A stretch of 64,000 nt of DNA, taken from positions 33,487 through 97,486 of IMG/VR virus record IMGVR_UViG_3300027749_000066, one strand, 5' to 3'. Position 1 is the stretch's first letter. Every line of letters starts with the position of its first letter. Both the position numbers and the translations under genes were made by a program. The notes beneath the pieces are model-generated. The model searched no databases, had not been told where the DNA came from, and saw only the letters and a program-made list of their open reading frames with translations. Origin of the DNA: a virus. Below are positions 10,403 to 21,132 of this stretch, piece after piece.

Positions 10403-11345
10403 GGGTGGAGAGAAGATTCCGAAGCCGGATATCATTCCGACTCCTTCGTTTGGTTTGAATTATATTTTGGGTGGTGGTTTGTGGACCGGACGTTATCATA
10501 TTGTTTGGGGTAATCCTCAGGCTGGTAAGTCTACACTTTGTTTTCATGCTGCTGCTGAGGCTCAGAAGCTTGGTTATACTCCGGTGATTGTTGATGCTGA
10601 GGGTTCGTCTACTGATGAGTGGATGGAGCATTGTGGTATTGATATCAGCAATCGTATTGTGATTCGTTCTACTATTCTTGAGGATATTTTGAATGTGATC
10701 ATGCCAATGTTTCGGGAGAAGGATTCGAAGTATTTCTTTATTTTTGATTCGATCAATACGATTGTGATGGAGCAGTTCTATAAGAACGATGATGGTATGG
10801 GTGGTATTGGCATCTATGCTCGCTCTCAGGGTGTTCTGATCCAGAAGGTTGCTGATGAACTTATTTCGGGGGTGAATCATTGTGTGGTGTTTATTGCACA
10901 GCAGACGATTGCTGCGAAGGGTCAGTATTTTGTTACTCAGGGTAAGTATGGTAATGCTGCGTATCATTGGGCTACTAATATTGTTCGTCTTAATGCTGGT
11001 GATGCTTCTGCTGATGTGGACCGTGATAGCGATGAGCGTATTACCTCCCGCAAGGTGACTTGGCGTATTGATAAGTCTAAGCAGAAGTCTATTCAGGGTA
11101 CGAAGGGTGATTATTGGTTTTCTCCGGAGTCTGCTCATATTGATTTGAAGCGTGAGGCGTTCCATATTGCTGTGCGTCATGGTTTGATCAATAAAAAGGG
11201 CGCTTGGTTTGAGTGGAATGGTGAGAGTTATCATGGGGCTGAGAAGCTTGTGAATGCTTTGTCTGATGATGATATGAAGCTTATCTTGGGTCAGTTGAAT
11301 GAACTTACATTGAGTTTTGATAGCGAAGATATTGTTGATGACTGA
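10389..11345 (+). CDS. recA: RecA/UvsX-like recombinase (probable ATT start)
   Basis: IPTPSFGLNYILGGG, GNPQAGKS, DAEG, FDSI, KKGAWF; homology extends upstream of 10455 to ATT 10389 behind RBS GAGGGT. Confidence 0.9.
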   Translation: MLVIKGGEKIPKPDIIPTPSFGLNYILGGGLWTGRYHIVWGNPQAGKSTLCFHAAAEAQKLGYTPVIVDAEGSSTDEWMEHCGIDISNRIVIRSTILEDILNVIMPMFREKDSKYFFIFDSINTIVMEQFYKNDDGMGGIGIYARSQGVLIQKVADELISGVNHCVVFIAQQTIAAKGQYFVTQGKYGNAAYHWATNIVRLNAGDASADVDRDSDERITSRKVTWRIDKSKQKSIQGTKGDYWFSPESAHIDLKREAFHIAVRHGLINKKGAWFEWNGESYHGAEKLVNALSDDDMKLILGQLNELTLSFDSEDIVDD

Positions 11346-11625
11346 TTGGAATCGTAGGGAGAAGCGTTCTGCTCGTAAGGATGGGGCGACTGTTGTTGCT
11401 AACTCTGGGCGAGGTTTTCGTAAGGGTGATGCTGTTCTTGATGATTGGCTTGTTGATTATAAGCATAATGAGTTGACTTTTACTTTGAAGTCTTCTGCTT
11501 GGGCTAAGCATTCTAAGGATGCTTGGAATGAGGGTCAGAAGAAGCCGTTGATTAAAGTTATTTATGGTGATGGCCGTTCTGTTGCGATTATAGATTGGGA
11601 TGATTTTCTTGAGCTTAAAGGATAA
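11338..11625 (+). CDS. Hjc-like Holliday junction resolvase
   Basis: E..NSGRG..KGDA..DYK PD-(D/E)xK pattern. Confidence 0.7.
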   Translation: MTDWNRREKRSARKDGATVVANSGRGFRKGDAVLDDWLVDYKHNELTFTLKSSAWAKHSKDAWNEGQKKPLIKVIYGDGRSVAIIDWDDFLELKG

Positions 11626-11881
11626 TGTTCAAAGATTTATTGCAATCAAGGAAACTACTTGTGTTTATCAGGAGTATGAGGATGGAGATGAGTGTGGCAA
11701 TATTACTGTTAGAGCTTTAAATATGCCTTTTGAGGTTCCGCCGATGCCTTTGTGTTATGTTCATGCATATGAGTTTCGTGATTGGACCAATGATGATACG
11801 GTTAGAGAGTTTGTTGCTATAATGACAGAGGACGATGTTTTGAAAGATTTTTTGGAGAAATTTAATGACGATAGCAAGTAG
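11600..11881 (+). CDS. hypothetical protein
   Basis: ORF in operon. Confidence 0.5.
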   Translation: MIFLSLKDNVQRFIAIKETTCVYQEYEDGDECGNITVRALNMPFEVPPMPLCYVHAYEFRDWTNDDTVREFVAIMTEDDVLKDFLEKFNDDSK

Positions 11882-12227
11882 TAGAGCAATGAGTGAAGGT
11901 AATGTTGAGGTTGATCTTGATGAGATCGCCGGGGCTTTGAGTGCGGAAGAGTTCGCTGAGTTCTCTATTTGTATGGAGATTGTCCAGCGTATTCTTGATC
12001 GTCCTCAGGCTATGATGGGTTCTGAGGCTCTTGTGGCTGCAGCGAAGCTGGCTGCTTTGAGAACTAAACTTGGTGCAAGAGCGCAGTATTATAAGACTAG
12101 TGATAAGTCTATTATTCAACGTCGTCGCAAGGATCTTCTTATGCTTATGTTTACTGCTCTTGAGGAGAATATTAATACTCTCAAGTTACTTGGTAAGATT
12201 GAGGGTTCGATGAGTGGTGTTCGATGA
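11865..12227 (+). CDS. hypothetical helical protein (possible recombination mediator)
   Basis: Helical, between Hjc and Cas4. Confidence 0.55.
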   Translation: MTIASSRAMSEGNVEVDLDEIAGALSAEEFAEFSICMEIVQRILDRPQAMMGSEALVAAAKLAALRTKLGARAQYYKTSDKSIIQRRRKDLLMLMFTALEENINTLKLLGKIEGSMSGVR

Positions 12228-13006
12228 AGAATCTTGTTGGTAAGTTGAAGGTTCAGCAACCTGAGAAGAAGGTTGTCAAGAAGACTGAGGGTACTGTTAC
12301 TCCTGCTGATGTTCTTGATCTTGAGAAGTCTTTGGTTGATGCTATTGATGCGAAACTTGAAGCTTCTAATGGGGTTCATTGGAAGCAAAGCGAGAGTTTT
12401 GCTCCTTCTAATACGAATCCTTGTTCCCGGTTTGCTGTTTACCGTATGAGGGGTTATCAGCAGGAGACTACTATTCTTGGCCAGACTAGACGTATCTTTG
12501 ATCTTGGTAATCGTGTTGAGGATGCTGTGGGAGATATGTTGAAGGATATTGGTGTCCTTATTGATTCTCAACTTCCTTTGGAGATTACTGATCCTGTCCC
12601 AATTAAGGGTTATATTGACTTTCTGATTGACTGGGATGGCCCCAAGGTTGTTGAGTGTAAGTCAATTAATGAGGCAGGTTTTGCTTTTAGGAGTGCTTAT
12701 CATAAGCCCAAGGATGAGCATTTTCGTCAGTTGCAGTTCTATATGTATGGTATGAATCATGATTCTGGTTTTCTTTTTTATTATTCCAAGAATAACTCTG
12801 CCATTCTTCCTTTGTTAGTTAAGAGAGATAATGAATTTATTGAGTCCACGTTTAATAAATATAAGAAGATCTATGAAGTATTCAAAAATGGAGATCTTCC
12901 TGCTAGACCATATAAGCAGACTTCCCAGAATTGTCAACGCTGCGATGCTTCTGCTCATTGCTGGTCTGATAAAGAAGAAGGTGTAGCAGTTAATCTTAAG
13001 AAATAG
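12224..13006 (+). CDS. Cas4-like PD-(D/E)xK exonuclease
   Basis: C..; GYID..ECKS; QLQFY; CQRC....HC Fe-S cysteines. Confidence 0.88.
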   Translation: MKNLVGKLKVQQPEKKVVKKTEGTVTPADVLDLEKSLVDAIDAKLEASNGVHWKQSESFAPSNTNPCSRFAVYRMRGYQQETTILGQTRRIFDLGNRVEDAVGDMLKDIGVLIDSQLPLEITDPVPIKGYIDFLIDWDGPKVVECKSINEAGFAFRSAYHKPKDEHFRQLQFYMYGMNHDSGFLFYYSKNNSAILPLLVKRDNEFIESTFNKYKKIYEVFKNGDLPARPYKQTSQNCQRCDASAHCWSDKEEGVAVNLKK

Positions 13007-13030
13007 ATATTATATGATATACTATATAAT

Positions 13031-13345
13031 ATGATTCTTGAGCCTAAAATATGTGCTAATCCTGATTGTACTGAACTCTTTGAGCCTCAAGTTCATAATG
13101 CTATTTATTGTAGTGTTGAATGTCGTAAAGTTATTACTAATAAAAATGTTTTAGATCGTTATTATGAAAATAAAGAACGAAAAGCAAATAAAAAAAGAAT
13201 TTGTAAAAACAAAGATTGTTTTACAATTTTATCTACTTATAACATAGAAACTATATGTGAAGCCTGCAAGACTGAACGTCTAATAAAAAGATTATCTTCT
13301 TGGGGTTGGGATGAAGAGAAGTTAAGAGAGGACTGGAGCTTTTAA
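13031..13345 (+). CDS. Cys-rich zinc-binding protein
   Basis: Multiple CxxxC/CxxC. Confidence 0.7.
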   Translation: MILEPKICANPDCTELFEPQVHNAIYCSVECRKVITNKNVLDRYYENKERKANKKRICKNKDCFTILSTYNIETICEACKTERLIKRLSSWGWDEEKLREDWSF

Positions 13346-13944
13346 TGAGCCTAGTCAGAACTTTAAAAATTAAACATCTTAAGTCAACTACTGTAGTTGG
13401 TATTGATGCTTCGTCTACAGTTATTGCTTTTGCTATTATTGAACAACGTCCAGATAAAGTTAATCTTATTAAGACAAGTAAAATTAATCTTGGCAATTTT
13501 TCAATGAATCAAAAACTAAAGATTATCTCTTCATCTGTTTCTAAAATTTTTGGTATCTATGCTATAGATCATGTTTTTGTTGAGCAACCTATTTATATAC
13601 AAAATCCTGCTACTAGTAGAATTCTTTCTCAAGTTTCAGGTCATCTGCTGGGAGAATGCCTTAAAGAATGTGATAGTGTCTCAGAGGTAACTATTGCTAA
13701 TTGGAAAAGTTATATAGGATATAAGAATGTTAGTAAAGCTGAGAAAGATTCTTGGACAAAGCAATTTGGCGAAAAAGAATCAAAAAAGATGGCGGCGTTT
13801 GAAAGAAAACAAAGAACTATTAATATCATCCATAGAAAAATTCCAGATATAAATTATCTTAATGATAATGATATTTGTGATGCAATTGGTATTGCTCTTT
13901 ATGGACTTGATAAAGTAAATAAAGGAGAACTAGATGCCTCTTGA
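13345..13944 (+). CDS. RuvC-like resolvase
   Basis: VGIDAS, FVEQP, DICDAIGIA. Confidence 0.85.
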   Translation: MSLVRTLKIKHLKSTTVVGIDASSTVIAFAIIEQRPDKVNLIKTSKINLGNFSMNQKLKIISSSVSKIFGIYAIDHVFVEQPIYIQNPATSRILSQVSGHLLGECLKECDSVSEVTIANWKSYIGYKNVSKAEKDSWTKQFGEKESKKMAAFERKQRTINIIHRKIPDINYLNDNDICDAIGIALYGLDKVNKGELDAS

Positions 13945-14230
13945 ACCGTATAAACAAAAAGATTGGTTATATTATCATTATGTTCAAAAAAGAATGAACC
14001 TTAAAGATATGGTTGTTCTTCTTGAACAAAAGTATAATATTAAAATTAGTCATCAGGCTATTTATAACTGGCTAGTTAAATATGATCTTTTGAAATATAG
14101 AGGTAAGGGTAGGAAAATTGGCGCAAATCTTCAGGGCAAGAAAAAATCCAGCGCAATGGGGAAACGTCCTGATAGGATTCGTGAGGAGCGAATGAGAGCC
14201 TTAGCGAGAGCTAAGAAGAAAAAAAGATAG
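13934..14230 (+). CDS. HTH DNA-binding protein
   Basis: YKQKDWLYYHYV...SHQAIYNWLVKY. Confidence 0.7.
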   Translation: MPLEPYKQKDWLYYHYVQKRMNLKDMVVLLEQKYNIKISHQAIYNWLVKYDLLKYRGKGRKIGANLQGKKKSSAMGKRPDRIREERMRALARAKKKKR

Positions 14231-14242
14231 ACTTATATTCTG

Positions 14243-14620
14243 ATGGATGAAGAATATTTATTTTTTGAAGAAGATGACAGAGTACGAGATTTAGTTGTTC
14301 CTCCGTATTCTGAAGTACAAAAAATTCTTTTTGGTATATCATATTTTTTTGCAAATATTTGGAATAACACTATGTTAGATATTGCTAATCATGGTTATAC
14401 TATAGTTGATAAAGAATTGACACCCATGATGATGTTCGATGCCATTGATGCTGGTATAATAATGCCTATCTATGTGCAAAGTCCGGAAAATGCTGATAGA
14501 ATGATTTTCAAGTTCTGGAATCCATTGGAACAAATTTATTGTGATATTGATGAAATGGACTTGGAAGACTTTTATTGGTTTACTGTAATATTAAATAATG
14601 GAATTTGGAGTTATAACTAA
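14243..14620 (+). CDS. hypothetical protein
   Basis: ORF in operon. Confidence 0.6.
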   Translation: MDEEYLFFEEDDRVRDLVVPPYSEVQKILFGISYFFANIWNNTMLDIANHGYTIVDKELTPMMMFDAIDAGIIMPIYVQSPENADRMIFKFWNPLEQIYCDIDEMDLEDFYWFTVILNNGIWSYN

Positions 14621-14943
14621 TGTCTAATACGACTAAAGATGCGTTCAGAATTGTAGAGAAAGAGTTAAGTAAGTTTTGCTCTTATGATAATGTTAAATCT
14701 GTCTTGTCTAAATATATGATTGGGAAATATGATCCCGAACTTGTTGAGAAGCTTCTTGTAATTCTTGGTACAGAATTTCGTCATAATCTTGAAAGACTTA
14801 CGTCGAATCTTCCTGATGATAATGTTGAGGCTGCTGCTGTTGTAAGCAGAAAAGCAGCGAATAAGCGTGGACGCCCTAGGAAGAATGACTTACAGATTGA
14901 AGCTGCTGATGATTTTGATTTTGATGATGTCAAAGAAGACTAA
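14620..14943 (+). CDS. hypothetical protein with AT-hook
   Basis: KRGRPRK and acidic tail. Confidence 0.6.
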   Translation: MSNTTKDAFRIVEKELSKFCSYDNVKSVLSKYMIGKYDPELVEKLLVILGTEFRHNLERLTSNLPDDNVEAAAVVSRKAANKRGRPRKNDLQIEAADDFDFDDVKED

Positions 14944-14966
14944 TCATATATGGTATAATTGTTACT

Positions 14967-15566
14967 ATGGCCAATAAATTAGAGAAATCAGATAATATAT
15001 TTGACAAAGCAAAAAAGGTTGAGCAAGTTGGTTTGCTTAATCTTAAAGGCTATTCTAATTCGGATATTGCTGAACTTGAAAATATTTCTGTTCAGACTGT
15101 TAGGGAGTACGTTTCTCAGTATAAAATTTATCTTGAGAGTACTGCCGAGAATGACCCTTATTTCTTAGAAAAAGTTCAGTATAATACTGTCAAGGCTTTG
15201 GCTGAATTTGATGAGATTTCTAAGGAAGCTTGGGAGACTGTTGAAATTGCCACTAGAGAGGGAATGGTTTCTGGTAGAAATCAAGCCCTCAAACTTTGTT
15301 TAGATATTGCTACTAAAAAAGCACAACTTCATCAACTCATGGGTGGTACTAAAACAGATGGCGAATATATTGCAAGAATGCAAAAAGCCGAAACTGTTAA
15401 TCAAATTATCTCTAAGGTTATTAGAGATGTTATTGCTAATTGCGATGACTGCAAAGCGAAGGCTTCGCCTATGCTTCGTGAGGCTTTCTCTATGATGGAT
15501 TCAGAGTCTGCTGACGATACCGAAGATATTGTTGAGGTATATGAAGATGCAGAAATTATTGATTAG
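14967..15566 (+). CDS. HTH protein, candidate terminase small subunit
   Basis: GYSNSDIAELENISVQTV HTH, helical; upstream of TerL. Confidence 0.55.
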   Translation: MANKLEKSDNIFDKAKKVEQVGLLNLKGYSNSDIAELENISVQTVREYVSQYKIYLESTAENDPYFLEKVQYNTVKALAEFDEISKEAWETVEIATREGMVSGRNQALKLCLDIATKKAQLHQLMGGTKTDGEYIARMQKAETVNQIISKVIRDVIANCDDCKAKASPMLREAFSMMDSESADDTEDIVEVYEDAEIID

Positions 15567-15864
15567 AAAGTTTCCCGAAAAATCCACAGCGGCATGGTGT
15601 TTTATTGGATTTTTTATTTTAATTTATGATGTTATTGCATTGCTTTTAAATGATTCTTCCAAAGAGAAGAAAGATTTTTATGAAACACTTTCTGATGGTT
15701 GTTGGCGTGGTATTGAACATTCAATTTTTCGATGGCCAATTTGGTTATTTATCTTTACAATTGCTAAACATTTAGCTGCTCCAGATTTTTTTCGTAAATA
15801 TGATCCAATAAAAATTGTTGGAATATTTGTAAGATATTTAAAGAAAAGTGTTAATAATGGGTGA
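15529..15864 (+). CDS. membrane protein
   Basis: Hydrophobic segments. Confidence 0.55.
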   Translation: MLRYMKMQKLLIRKFPEKSTAAWCFIGFFILIYDVIALLLNDSSKEKKDFYETLSDGCWRGIEHSIFRWPIWLFIFTIAKHLAAPDFFRKYDPIKIVGIFVRYLKKSVNNG

Positions 15865-17641
15865 TGATTTTTTTGGAACAAATTTAGATCTTAATGATTT
15901 TGAAAAACTTCTTAAGAATGAAGATCTTCTTGAGGAGCCTGTATCATTAGAGAAGTTTGTTACTGATAAACATTATCTCGGTCTTCCTCCTTTAAGTGAG
16001 ATTCAACTTGAGATTGGCAAAAGAATTACTCAAATTTTTAAACCAGAAACTCTTGTTCAACTTATGGGTGAAGAGCAAGGGTTGGAATATTATCACAACT
16101 ACACTGTCAATGAAGTTATTTGTCAGTTAGGAAAAGGTTCAGGTAAAGATCACGTTTCACGCGTGTCTCTTGCTTATATTGCCTATCTGCTTCATTGTCT
16201 TAGAGATCCTCTTGATTACTTTGGCAAAGCTGCTGGTGTTTATATTGATCTTGTCAACCTTGCTGTTAACGCAAAACAGGCGCAACAGGTTTTCTTTGAT
16301 CCTTTAAAGAATCTTCTCTTAGCTTCTCCGTGGGCTAATGAGGTTGGTTTTGAACCTAGAGTTCAGGAGATCTTTTGGTTTAGTCGTCCTGTTCGAATGT
16401 TCTCCGGTCACTCTGAGGCTGAAGGCTGGGAGGGCTATGAAGTTCTTATTGTTGTTCTTGATGAGATCTCAGCATTCAAAACTGATAATGAACTTAAGGG
16501 CCAACTTCGCAATAAGGGTTCTGCTTCAGAAATTTATGACATGGCTCGAGCTTCTATTACTTCTCGCTTTCCAAGTGTTGGAAAAGTTGTTCTTCTTTCT
16601 TTCCCTAGATTCAAAGGAGACTTTATTCAGCAAAGATATAAGTCAGTTATTGACGATTTAATTGAGCATGGTGGAGTTATGCTTGATGAGAAAGTGGGGA
16701 ACCGTGGAGGCTATAGAGAGGCCACTTCGTGGTGCTTAAAAGCTGCAACGTGGGAAGTAAATCCCACTCGTCACCGTGAAGAGTTTGAGAATGAGTTTCG
16801 GCGTGATCCTATTATGGCTCGCGCTCGTTTTGCTTGTGAGCCTCCTGAAATGGTTGATGCTTATTTTCGTGATCCCGAGTCTGTTCGTAATGCATTTAGA
16901 TTTAAAGAAGATCCTCTTGATAATGAAGGACATTACAAAGAGTGGTTTCTAGGCAAAGATCCTCATCCTAGGTACATTCATATCGATCTTGGTCTTAAAC
17001 GAGATCGTGCTGCTCTTTGTATGGTTCACTCTCCGGGTCTTAAGAAGATTAAGACTATGGGTGGTGTTGAAAATCTTCCTATTATTGAGATGGATTATTT
17101 GCAAAGTTGGAAGGCCGAAGATAACTCTGAGATTCCTTTTTCAGAGATTCGTTCTACTATTACAGATCTTACAAAAAGGTTTACTGTTGTATCTGTGACG
17201 TTTGATCAATGGAACTCTGCTGATATGATTCAATCATTGAGAGCTATTGGAGTTAATGCTGATCTGCATACTGTTGCTAAAAAAGATTATGATACTCTTT
17301 CTACCACAATTTACGATGGACGTTTCCGTGGTTATTGGAATAATATTGTTGTTGAGGATGAGCTTTTGAAATTAAAACTTATCAATAATACTAAGGTTGA
17401 TCATCCTTCATCGGGGTCTAAAGATTTAGCTGACTCTGTTGCTGGCGCTACTTTTATGTGTATGACTAATCTTAGTACAGAATTTGAGTTTGATATAGAG
17501 ATATTAGATGAGACTAATTATACATTACTAGAGTCTGAAAATGATACTCATATTGTCGATATGATTTCCAGAAATTTTAAAGAAAATGGGAAGCCAAAGC
17601 AATTGCCAGAAGATATTTCTGATTGGCTTGAGATAATATAA
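15857..17641 (+). CDS. terL: terminase large subunit
   Basis: GKGSGKD Walker A, VVLDE Walker B, HIDLG, FDQW, DHPSSGSKDLAD. Confidence 0.92.
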   Translation: MGDDFFGTNLDLNDFEKLLKNEDLLEEPVSLEKFVTDKHYLGLPPLSEIQLEIGKRITQIFKPETLVQLMGEEQGLEYYHNYTVNEVICQLGKGSGKDHVSRVSLAYIAYLLHCLRDPLDYFGKAAGVYIDLVNLAVNAKQAQQVFFDPLKNLLLASPWANEVGFEPRVQEIFWFSRPVRMFSGHSEAEGWEGYEVLIVVLDEISAFKTDNELKGQLRNKGSASEIYDMARASITSRFPSVGKVVLLSFPRFKGDFIQQRYKSVIDDLIEHGGVMLDEKVGNRGGYREATSWCLKAATWEVNPTRHREEFENEFRRDPIMARARFACEPPEMVDAYFRDPESVRNAFRFKEDPLDNEGHYKEWFLGKDPHPRYIHIDLGLKRDRAALCMVHSPGLKKIKTMGGVENLPIIEMDYLQSWKAEDNSEIPFSEIRSTITDLTKRFTVVSVTFDQWNSADMIQSLRAIGVNADLHTVAKKDYDTLSTTIYDGRFRGYWNNIVVEDELLKLKLINNTKVDHPSSGSKDLADSVAGATFMCMTNLSTEFEFDIEILDETNYTLLESENDTHIVDMISRNFKENGKPKQLPEDISDWLEII

Positions 17642-17651
17642 AAAGGAAAAA

Positions 17652-17921
17652 ATGAAAGATAAAGACTTGCTGCTTGCAAAGTGTAGAATTAATGCTGTAC
17701 CAACTTCAATGTTTTTTGAAGATTTTGAAACTCTTTCTCTTAAAGATAAGAAAGAAGTTTTATCTTTGTGTAAAGATTGTGTAGTAAAAGATAAGTGTCT
17801 TGAAGACGCTTTATCTCACAAGAATACTTATGGAGTTTGGGGTGGACAGTTCTTCAAGAAGGGTCGCCCTATGCGTGTCAGTATGACTGCGAAAAAGAAG
17901 GCGTCAAAGGCTCTCGCATAG
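17652..17921 (+). CDS. whiB: WhiB-family transcription factor
   Basis: C...C..C.....C, YGVWGG, basic tail. Confidence 0.88.
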   Translation: MKDKDLLLAKCRINAVPTSMFFEDFETLSLKDKKEVLSLCKDCVVKDKCLEDALSHKNTYGVWGGQFFKKGRPMRVSMTAKKKASKALA

Positions 17922-18051
17922 TATTGCAACTTTTTGTTGCCACCAAAAAAAATTTTGGTGTTGAGGTAGGTTTCCGATCAGGTGGCGATATACTGTTCCC
18001 TAGTGGTCAGGCACCCTGATCGCTACTTATCCATAACAATAAGGAGTAGTA

Positions 18052-18384
18052 ATGCTTAACATTGAAAAGACAGATGAACTTCCGCAGGTTCGTCGTGGCG
18101 GTGGCCGTCCTTCAGCAGAACGCAAGCAGATTCAAGATGCTTTAAATACTCTTGAGACTCAGGTTATTCGTGATGTTGAGGCGGGTAACAAGTACAATGC
18201 TCTTCAGCAACGTATCCGCCAGACTGCTGCTAGTTTGAACCTTAAGGTCAAGATTGTTTATCGTAAGCATGAAGATAGCGAAACTGTCGGAGATCTTTAT
18301 TTCGTCGGTTTTAATGATGATGATGTTGAGAAGAGCAAGTCGAACACAATTCGTCGTAGTATGAAGGCTAAGGCTGAAGTTTGA
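18052..18384 (+). CDS. small basic DNA-binding-like protein
   Basis: RBS TAAGGAG; RRGGGRP; own promoter and terminator. Confidence 0.65.
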   Translation: MLNIEKTDELPQVRRGGGRPSAERKQIQDALNTLETQVIRDVEAGNKYNALQQRIRQTAASLNLKVKIVYRKHEDSETVGDLYFVGFNDDDVEKSKSNTIRRSMKAKAEV

Positions 18385-18389
18385 CATCT

Positions 18390-18554
18390 GTGAAAGAAAG
18401 TGTCAATAATCTCCCCGATAATTTCGGGGAGATTATTGATGTTATTGACAAATTTTTGTCTACAACTTCTGGTAGAAATCTAATAGATAGTAATGAAATT
18501 CAAGATTTTTGTTTGGACTTGAGAATCTTAATGACTCCTAAAGTTGATAATTAA
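18390..18554 (+). CDS. hypothetical protein (54 aa)
   Basis: GTG..TAA open frame overlapping a long palindrome at 18403-18439. Confidence 0.45.
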   Translation: MKESVNNLPDNFGEIIDVIDKFLSTTSGRNLIDSNEIQDFCLDLRILMTPKVDN

Positions 18555-18592
18555 GTCTATTTTTGATAAAATAGATGTACTGAGGTATTGAT

Positions 18593-18817
18593 ATGTTTCA
18601 GAATAAATATAAATATCTTAGTATTATTAAGTCTACAAAATTATTTGTAGAGTCAATGTTCCTTCACATAAATAGGATATATAAAGAATATATTCAAGTC
18701 GTTGATGATGACGGCATTTTTATGTATGCACAGATGGGCGACTGGCAAGAGTCAGGTATGTTAGATTATATTTTTATTTCTCATATAGCCATTTCCTGTG
18801 TAGAGCAAGGACTGTAG
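18593..18817 (+). CDS. hypothetical protein
   Basis: RBS GAGG. Confidence 0.55.
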   Translation: MFQNKYKYLSIIKSTKLFVESMFLHINRIYKEYIQVVDDDGIFMYAQMGDWQESGMLDYIFISHIAISCVEQGL

Positions 18818-19357
<540 letters not shown>

Positions 19358-19440
19358 AAATATTTAATGAGCTTTTCTAGGTTATGTCCGAAAGAGTTTG
19401 CAAAATATTTTTGCAGTTAGTAAAACTAAATACTTTTTTT

Positions 19441-19478
19441 AAAAAAATGGAGGCCCTATTTGGGTCTCCATTTTTTTT
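19441..19478. terminator. bidirectional terminator
   Basis: A7-TGGAGGCCC-TATTT-GGGTCTCCA-T8. Confidence 0.8.
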
Positions 19479-19635
19479 CATTAAATTTTAGTTAAATGTT
19501 AAGCCAAATGTCGTGGGCGCCAGAGTTTAGCTTTATATCTTCATTCAAGATCTCGAGCTAACAAATAATGACGATTTTTGTGATCGATCCAATACACAAG
19601 CAATTCGGGAACTTTGGTTTAACTAGGTGTAACAT

Positions 19636-19664
19636 TTGACTGAACCGGTTGAATACGATATGAT
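19636..19664 (+). promoter_or_regulatory. sigma70/HrdB-type promoter with AACCGGTT in spacer
   Basis: TTGACT-17-TATGAT. Confidence 0.7.
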
Positions 19665-19709
19665 GACATTTGTCAGAAGTTCACTCATTCATTATGAAAG
19701 AAGAAGTTA

Positions 19710-21098
19710 ATGAAATATATTCGCATTGCGAATAAAGCTGGCTTTGTTAATAGACTTTATCTTGAAAAGTTGGGACTTTCTACAAAAAGAGACGATGAGA
19801 ATACTATTGGCCAATTTGGTTCAGGTTCAAAGTTCGCTCCAATTGCCGCTTTGCGTAATGGTTGGCAGTGGATTAATGTTGGTGAAGATGAACTTGGCCA
19901 ATATAAAATGGAGTATGTTGTCAAGGAAGAATGTGATATTAATTCTATTTTTTATTATTACAACAATGAGTATCTGAAGCCCTCTTCTTTTGTTATTGAA
20001 GCTGGTGTTCTTTCTTGGGATAGTGAGTTTCAAATTTTTCGTGAAGCATTCTCTAATGCTCTTGATGAGTTTACTGCTAACGGAAATGAATATACCATTA
20101 CGTTTGTTGATGATATTGTCTTTGAGCCTGGTGTATTTGCAGTTTATTTAACTGCGTGTGATGAACTGATTGAGATTATCAACAACTTTGATAAGTATTT
20201 TTCGATCAAACGTAATAAGATCGCATCGATTAGTGACAAAGAAAAAATCTTTAATCCTTTTGATAAAGAAGTTAATTTTTATTACAAGGGTGTTCTTGTT
20301 CATAATGACAAGAATAGTTCTTCACCTATCTTCAATTATGAGATTCCTAGTATTACTTTGAATGAAGAACGTCGTGTGCGTAACACTTATGAACTTGGTT
20401 CTAAAGTGACGCAAATGTTTTACTATCTTAATAGTAATAATGATGGACATGATAGTATTGCTAAAACTCTTATTGCAAATGCTGGAAATGATTGTTGGGA
20501 ATGGACTATTCCTGTCCATCATGTTGAGACTTGGTTTTCTCTCAACTATCATAATTCCAATAATTCTTTCAAAAATGCTTGGGAGAGTATGTATGGTGAT
20601 ACTATTGCTGTAACACCTGAACTTATGCGCTTTAAGTCGCAGTTTGCTTTGCGTAATGTCAAGACTATTGAGATTAAAAGTGCATATTTGTATGCTATGC
20701 TTCAGCGCTCCGGTGTTCCTTGCGCTGATTCTATTCTTGGTGATGAGATTAATTATGAGTTTGTTAGTCTTGCTGAACGTCAACAAAATAGATTTGATAC
20801 AGCAGTTCGGGTCGTTAAGTCTTATATCAAAGATTTTGATAGTTATGTGAAAGATTTCAAGTTCTTTCTTCCTCAAGGTGAACAAGATCGTATTCTTGGT
20901 GTTGCTAATATGGATAAGAATACTGTCTATCTTTCAGTGTATGCTTTTGATAGTATGAATACTTTAGTTGGTACTATTGTTCATGAGTATGATCATCTTA
21001 GAACTGGTCTTGGTGATGATGATAATGCTTTTCGTAGTGCTGCTGATGATCATATTGGTAATCTTCTTCTTCAACTTCATGAAAGGAGTTCGTCATGA
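19710..21098 (+). CDS. GHKL-type ATPase fused to HExxH zincin-like domain
   Basis: GQFGSGSKF, REAFSNALDE, HEYDH. Confidence 0.7.
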   Translation: MKYIRIANKAGFVNRLYLEKLGLSTKRDDENTIGQFGSGSKFAPIAALRNGWQWINVGEDELGQYKMEYVVKEECDINSIFYYYNNEYLKPSSFVIEAGVLSWDSEFQIFREAFSNALDEFTANGNEYTITFVDDIVFEPGVFAVYLTACDELIEIINNFDKYFSIKRNKIASISDKEKIFNPFDKEVNFYYKGVLVHNDKNSSSPIFNYEIPSITLNEERRVRNTYELGSKVTQMFYYLNSNNDGHDSIAKTLIANAGNDCWEWTIPVHHVETWFSLNYHNSNNSFKNAWESMYGDTIAVTPELMRFKSQFALRNVKTIEIKSAYLYAMLQRSGVPCADSILGDEINYEFVSLAERQQNRFDTAVRVVKSYIKDFDSYVKDFKFFLPQGEQDRILGVANMDKNTVYLSVYAFDSMNTLVGTIVHEYDHLRTGLGDDDNAFRSAADDHIGNLLLQLHERSSS

Positions 21099-21132
21099 CA
21101 GTCCTACCATAAGGTAGTCTATCAGGAGGAAT

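Noticed and set aside
8821-12571. Long antisense ORFs (8821-9486, 10353-11234, 12116-12571)
   Set aside because: Shadows of strongly T/G-biased codon usage in dnaE, recA and cas4.
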